Assembly (NCBI RefSeq): GCF_006345805.1
Contig: NC_043020.1
Location: 28,210,001 to 28,274,000 of the forward strand
Length of the DNA: 64,000 nt
Direction: 5' to 3'
Origin: Octopus sinensis
Lineage: Eukaryota
A program made the translations under genes and the position numbers. This document shows positions 58,216 through 64,000 of this stretch, in pieces (the stretch's first letter is position 1; each line of letters begins with the position of its first letter). The notes under the pieces are model-generated. The model worked only from the letters and a program-made list of their open reading frames with translations, was not told where the DNA came from and did not search any database.

Positions 58216-58442
58216 CGTTGCCACTGATTTTTATGATTTCAGCATTCGTCTGTTATTCTCTACGATATGTCATCTTGTGTAAAGAAAAGGGTCTGATGCA
58301 GTGTAGCGCCTTCAAAAGGGCATTTTTTAATAAAGATTTCTTTGAAAACTTGTCTGTATATGTGTGTGTATGTATAAATAAATATGTATATATGAGAATA
58401 ACGACGGAAGGGTTTGAAAAAAGCGTAAAAATAACATCTCTT

Positions 58443-58657
58443 TCTATATAAAGCTGAAGTCGTCTGTGTATGGCAGGTTTGGTGGCCTTCAACAAACACT
58501 ATCTCCTTCGAGACCCTGCGGCGCAAATTGACGGAAATTGAGAATATGATAAAAGAAGGATTGTTCTTCCTTCCATAGAAGAAAAAAATAAAATCGGACA
58601 ATGTTAACACCAAAAATTATTTACATCAAAAAGGTGCTTTTTTGCTATGAAAATCCT
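58443..58657 (-). mobile_element. 3' part of a Helitron/Helentron-like element whose interior is the satellite array
   Basis: 58511-58657 matches 5345-5496 in reverse orientation; both give the spurious ORF start [14 protein letters not shown]. The element continues to ...ACAGACGACTTCAGCTTTATATAG. Confidence 0.6.
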
Positions 58658-61600
58658 GGAAAAAAAATCTCCATTTTCCTAAAATTTATGAGGGAAAAGA
58701 TTGGGTCTTTTGAATTTTCGATGTCCTCTCTCCACTTGCTTGGAAAAGATTTTTCCCCCACAAATTTCTTCAAAATTGTAATTTATGCTGTTTGATAAGA
58801 ATTTCTATGAAATTTCATTGGAAAAAAATCTCCATTTTCCTAAAATTTATGACGGAAAAGATTGGGTCTTTTGAATTTTCGATGTCCTCTCTCCACTTGC
58901 TTCGAAAAGATTTTTCCCCCACAAATTTCTTCAAAATTGTAATTTATGCTTTGATAAGAATTTCTATGAATTTCATTGGAAAAAATCTCCATTTTCCTAA
59001 AATTTATGAGGGAAAGATTGGGTCTTTTGAATTTTCGATGTCCTCCACTTGCTTGGAAAAGATTTTTCCCCCACAAATTCTTCAAAATTGTAATTTATGC
59101 TGTTTGATAAGAATTTCTATGAAATTTCATTGGAAAAAAATCTCCATTTTCCTAAAATTTATGACGGAAAAGATTGGGTCTTTTGAATTTTCGATGTCCT
59201 CTCTCCACCTGCTTGGAAAAGATTTTTCCCCCCAAATTTCTTCAAAATTGTAATTTATGCTGTTTGATAAGAATTTCTATGAAATTTCATTGGAAAAAAT
59301 CTCCATTTTCCTAAAATTTATGACGGAAAAGATTGGGTCTTTTGAATTTTCGATGTCCTCTCTCCACCTGCTTGGAAATATTTTTCCCCCACAAATTCTT
59401 CAAAATTGTAATTTATGCTGTTTGATAAGAATTTCTATGAAATTTCATTGGAAAAAATCTCCATTTCCTAAAATTTACGTGGGAAAAGATTGGGTCTTTT
59501 GAATTTTCGATGTCCTCTCTCCACCTGCTTGGAAAAGATTTTTCCCCCACAAATTTCTTCAAAATTGTAATTTATGCTGTTTGATAAGAATTTCTATGAA
59601 ATTTCATTGGGAAAAAATCTCCATGTTCCTAAAATTTACGAGGGAAAAGATTGGGTCTTTTGAATTTTCGATGTCCTCTCTCCACCTGCTTGGAAAAGAT
59701 TTTTCCCCCACAAATTTCTTCAAAATTGTAATTTATGCTGTTTGATAAGAATTTCTATGAAATTTCATTGGAAAAAAATCTCCATTTTCCTAAAATTTAT
59801 GACGGAAAAGATTGGGTCTTTTGAATTTTCGATGTCCTCTCTCCACCTGCTTGGAAAAGATTTTTCCCCCACAAATTTCTTCAAAATTGTAATTTATGCT
59901 GTTTGATAAGAATTTCTATGAAATTTCATTGGAAAAAAATCTCCATTTTCCTAAAATTTATGACGGAAAAGATTGGGTCTTTTGAATTTTCGATGTCCTC
60001 TCTCCACCTTCTTGGAAAAGATTTTTCCCCACAAATTTCTTCAAAATTGTAATTTATGCTGTTTGATAAGAATTTCTATGAAATTTCATTGGAAAAAAAT
60101 CTCCATTTTCCTAAAATTTATGACGGAAAAGATTGGGTCTTTTGAATTTTCGATGTCCTCTCTCCACCTGCTTGGAAAATATTTTCCCCCACAAATTTCT
60201 TCAAAATTGTAATTTATGCTGTTTGATAAGAATTTCTATGAAATTTCATTGGAAAAAAATCTCCATTTTCCTAAAATTTATGACGGAAAAGATTGGGTCT
60301 TTTGAATTTTCGATGTCCTCTCTCCACCTGCTTGGAAAATATTTTTCCCCCACAAATTTCTTCAAAATTGTAATTTATGCTGTTTGATAAGAATTTCTAT
60401 GAAATTTCATTGGAAAAAAATCTCCATTTTCCTAAAATTTATGAGGGAAAAGATTGGGTCTTTTGAATTTTCGATGTCCTCTCTCCACCTGCTTGGAAAA
60501 GATTTTTCCCCCACAAATTTCTTCAAAATTGTAATTTATGCTGTTTGATAAGAATTTCTATGAAATTTCATTGGAAAAAAATCTCCATTTTCCTAAAATT
60601 TATGAGGGAAAAGATTGGGTCTTTTGAATTTTCGATGTCCTCTCTCCACCTGCTTGGAAAAGATTTTTCCCCCACAAATTTCTTCAAAATTGTAATTTAT
60701 GCTGTTTGATAAGAATTTCTATGAAATTTCATTGGAAAAAAATCTCCATTTTCCTAAAATTTATGACGGAAAAGATTGGGTCTTTTGAATTTTCGATGTT
60801 CTCTCTCCACCTGCTTGGAAAAGATTTTTCCCCCACAAATTTCTTCAAAATTGTAATTTATGCTGTTTGATAAGAATTTCTATGAAATTTCATTGGAAAA
60901 AAATCTCCATTTTCCTAAAATTTATGACGGAAAAGATTGGGTCTTTTGAATTTTCGATGTTCTCTCTCTCTCTCATCTGCTTGGAAAAGATTTTTCCCCC
61001 CCACAATTTCTTCAAAATTGTAATTTATGCTGTTTGATAAGAATTTCTATGAAATTTCATTGGAAAAAAATCTCCATTTTCCTAAAATTTATGACGGAAA
61101 AGATTGGGTCTTTTGAATTTTCGATGTCCCCTCTCCACCTGCTTGGAAAAGATTTTTCCCCCACAAATTTCTTCAAAATTGTAATTTATGCTGTTTGATA
61201 AGAATTTCTATGAAATTTCATTGGAAAAAAATCTCCATTTTCCTAAAATTTATGTCAGAAAAGATGGGTCTTTTGAATTTTCGATGTTCTCTCTCCATCT
61301 GCTTGGAAAAGATTTTTCCCCCACAATTTCTTCAAAATTGTAATTTATGCTGTTTGATAAGAATTTCTATGGAATTTCATTGGAAAAAAATCTCCATTTT
61401 CCTAAAATTTATGACGGAAAAGATTGGGTCTTTTGAATTTTCGATGTCCTCTCTTCCACCTGCTTGGAAAAGATTTTTCCCCCACAATTTCTTCAAAATT
61501 GTAATTTATGCTGTTTGATAAGAATTTCTATGAAATTTCATTGGAAAAAAATCTCCATTTTCCTAAAATTTATGTCGGAAAAGATTGGGTCTTTTGAATT

Positions 61601-64000
61601 TTCGATGTTCTCTCTCCATCTGCTTGGAAAAGATTTTTCCCCCACAAATTTCTTCAAAATTGTAATTTATGGTGTTTGATAAGAATTTCTATGAAATTTC
61701 ATTGGAAAAAAATCTCCATTTTCCTAAAATTTATGTCGGAAAAGATTGGGTCTTTTGAATTTTCGATGTTCTCTCTCCATCTGCTTGGAAAAGATTTTTC
61801 CCCCACAAATTTCTTCAAAATTGTAAATTATGCTGTTTGATAAGAATTTCTATGAAATTTCATTGGAAAAAAATCTCCATTTTCCTAAAATTTATGACGG
61901 AAAAGATTGGGTCTTTTGAATTTTCGATGTTCTCTCTCCATCTGCTTGGAAAAGATTTTTCCCCCACAAATTTCTTCAAAATTGTAATTTATGCTGTTTG
62001 ATAAGAATTTCTATGAAATTCATTGAAAAAAATCTCCATTTTCCTAAAATTTATGACGGAAAAGATTGGGTCTTTTGAATTTTCGATGTCCTCTCTCCAC
62101 CTGCTTGGAAAAGATTTTTCCCCCACAAATTTCTTCAAAATTGTAATTTATGCTGTTTGATAAGAATTTCTATGAAATTTCATTGGAAAAAAATCTCCAG
62201 TTTCCTAAAATTTATGACGGAAAAGATTGGGTCTTTTGAATTTTCGATGTTCTCTCTCCATCTGCTTGGAAAAGATTTTTCCCCCACAAATTTCTTCAAA
62301 ATTGTAATTTATGCTGTTTGATAAGAATTTCTATGAAATTTCATTGGAAAAAAATCTCCATTTTCCTAAAATTTATGACGGAAAAGATTGGGTCTTTTGA
62401 ATTTTCGATGTCCTCTCTCCACCTGCTTGGAAAAGATTTTTCCCCCACAAATTTCTTCAAAATTGTAATTTATGCTGTTTGATAAGAATTTCTATGAAAT
62501 TTCATTGGAAAAAATCTCCATTTTCCTAAAATTATGTCAGAAAAGATTGGGTCTTTTGAATTTTCGATGTTCTCTCTCCATCTGCTTGGAAAAGATTTTT
62601 CCCCCCCACAATTTCTTCAAAATTGTAATTTATGCTGTTTGATAAGAATTTCTATGGAATTTCATTGGAAAAAAATCTCCATTTTCCTAAAATTTATGAC
62701 GGAAAAGATTGGGTCTTTTGAATTTTCGATGTCCTCTCTCCACCTGCTTGGAAAAGATTTTTCCCCCACAAATTTCTTCAAAATTGTAATTTATGCTGTT
62801 TGATAAGAATTTCTATGAAATTTCATTGGAAAAAAATCTCCATTTTCCTAAAATTTATGTCGGAAAAGATTGGGTCTTTTGAATTTTCGATGTTCTCTCT
62901 CCATCTGCTTGGAAAAGATTTTTCCCCCACAAATTTCTTCAAAATTGTAATTTATGCTGTTTGATAAGAATTTCTATGAAATTTCATTGGAAAAAAATCT
63001 CCATTTTCCTAAAATTTATGTCGGAAAAGATTGGGTCTTTTGAATTTTCGATGTTCTCTCTCCATCTGCTTGGAAAGATTTTTCCCCCACAAATTTCTTC
63101 AAAATTGTAATTATGCTGTTTGATAAGAATTTCTATGAAATTTCATTGGAAAAAAATCTCCATTTTCCTAAAATTTATGACGGAAAAGATTGGGTCTTTT
63201 GAATTTTCGATGTTCTCTCTCCATCTGCTTGGAAAAGATTTTTCCCCCCAAATTTCTTCAAAATTGTAATTTATGCTGTTTGATAAGAATTTCTATGAAA
63301 TTTCATTGGAAAAAAATCTCCATTTTCCTAAAATTTATGACGGAAAAGATTGGGTCTTTTGAATTTTCGATGTCCTCTCTTCACCTGCTTGGAAAAAATT
63401 TTTCCCCCACAAATTTCTTTTCTTCAAAATTGTAATTTATGCTGTTTGATAAGAATTTCTATGAAATTTCATTGGAAAAAAATCTCCATTTTCCTAAAAT
63501 TTATGAGGGAAAAGATTGGGTCTTTTGAATTTTCGATGTCCTCTCTCCACCTGCTTGGAAAAGATTTTTCCCCCACAAATTTCTTCAAAGTTGTAATTTA
63601 TGCTGTTTGATAAGAATTTCTATGAAATTTCATTGGAAAAAAATCTCCATTTTCCTAAAATTTATGACGGAAAAGATTGGGTCTTTTGAATTTTCGATGT
63701 CCTCTCTCCACCTGCTTGGAAAAGATTTTTCCCCCACAATTTTCAAAATTGTAATTTATGCTGTTTGATAAGAATTTCTATGAAATTTCATTGGAAAAAA
63801 ATCTCCATTTTCCTAAAATTTATGACGGAAAAGATTGGGTCTTTTGAATTTTCGATGTCCTCTCTCCTCTCTCCACCTGCTTGGAAAAGATTTTCCCCCA
63901 CAAATTTCTTCAAAATTGTAATTTATGCTGTTTGATAAGAATTTCTATGAAATTTCATTGGAAAAAAATCTCCATTTTCCTAAAATTTATGACGGAAAAG
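58658..64000. repeat. Tandem satellite, ~160-161-bp monomer, about 33 copies, runs off window
   Basis: GTTTGATAAG recurs at 60061, 60221 and 60382. Monomer: GAAAAAAATCTCCATTTTCCTAAAATTTATGACGGAAAAGATTGGGTCTTTTGAATTTTCGATGTCCTCTCTCCACCTGCTTGGAAAAGATTTTTCCCCCACAAATTTCTTCAAAATTGTAATTTATGCTGTTTGATAAGAATTTCTATGAAATTTCATTG. Confidence 0.98.

Noticed and set aside
58658-64000. Array considered as a CRISPR array or repetitive protein gene (ORFs KKISIFLKFMTEKIGSFEFSMSSLHLL...)
   Set aside because: No unique spacers and eukaryotic context. The 160/161-bp period shifts frame every unit, with frequent stops.

Overview
AT-rich, microsatellite-dense eukaryotic genomic DNA. The SINE repertoire suggests an octopus-type cephalopod; this is inferred from recalled repeat families, not from a database search. 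Genes: (1) a CCDC87-like gene on + that I rebuilt by hand as 29 coding exons (2906..44095, 2727 nt, 908 aa + stop, continuous phases), including a 13-nt microexon and a probable GC-AG 5'UTR intron; (2) the start of a divergent ORF on - (141..1, runs off the window) sharing an X-box-containing promoter; (3) an intronic tRNA-Arg(CCG) on -; (4) a short BCL10-like CARD gene on - (53533..55607, first exon tentatively 58195..58215). The rest is three SINE families, Penelope-like remnants, mariner/pogo/piggyBac/Merlin/R4-type relics and microsatellites. The last 5.3 kb is a ~160-bp satellite that starts inside a Helitron/Helentron-like element and contains an 8-monomer higher-order duplication. The most unusual signal is a set of minimal type I hammerhead-ribozyme motifs in Penelope-like repeats. 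The two best (30950..31080 and 57551..57597) and a weaker third read CCGANGA instead of the canonical CUGANGA core, and one sits in a 167-bp near-perfect palindrome with a copy on each strand. All coordinates and translations were done by eye. Homology calls come from remembered sequences and need database confirmation.
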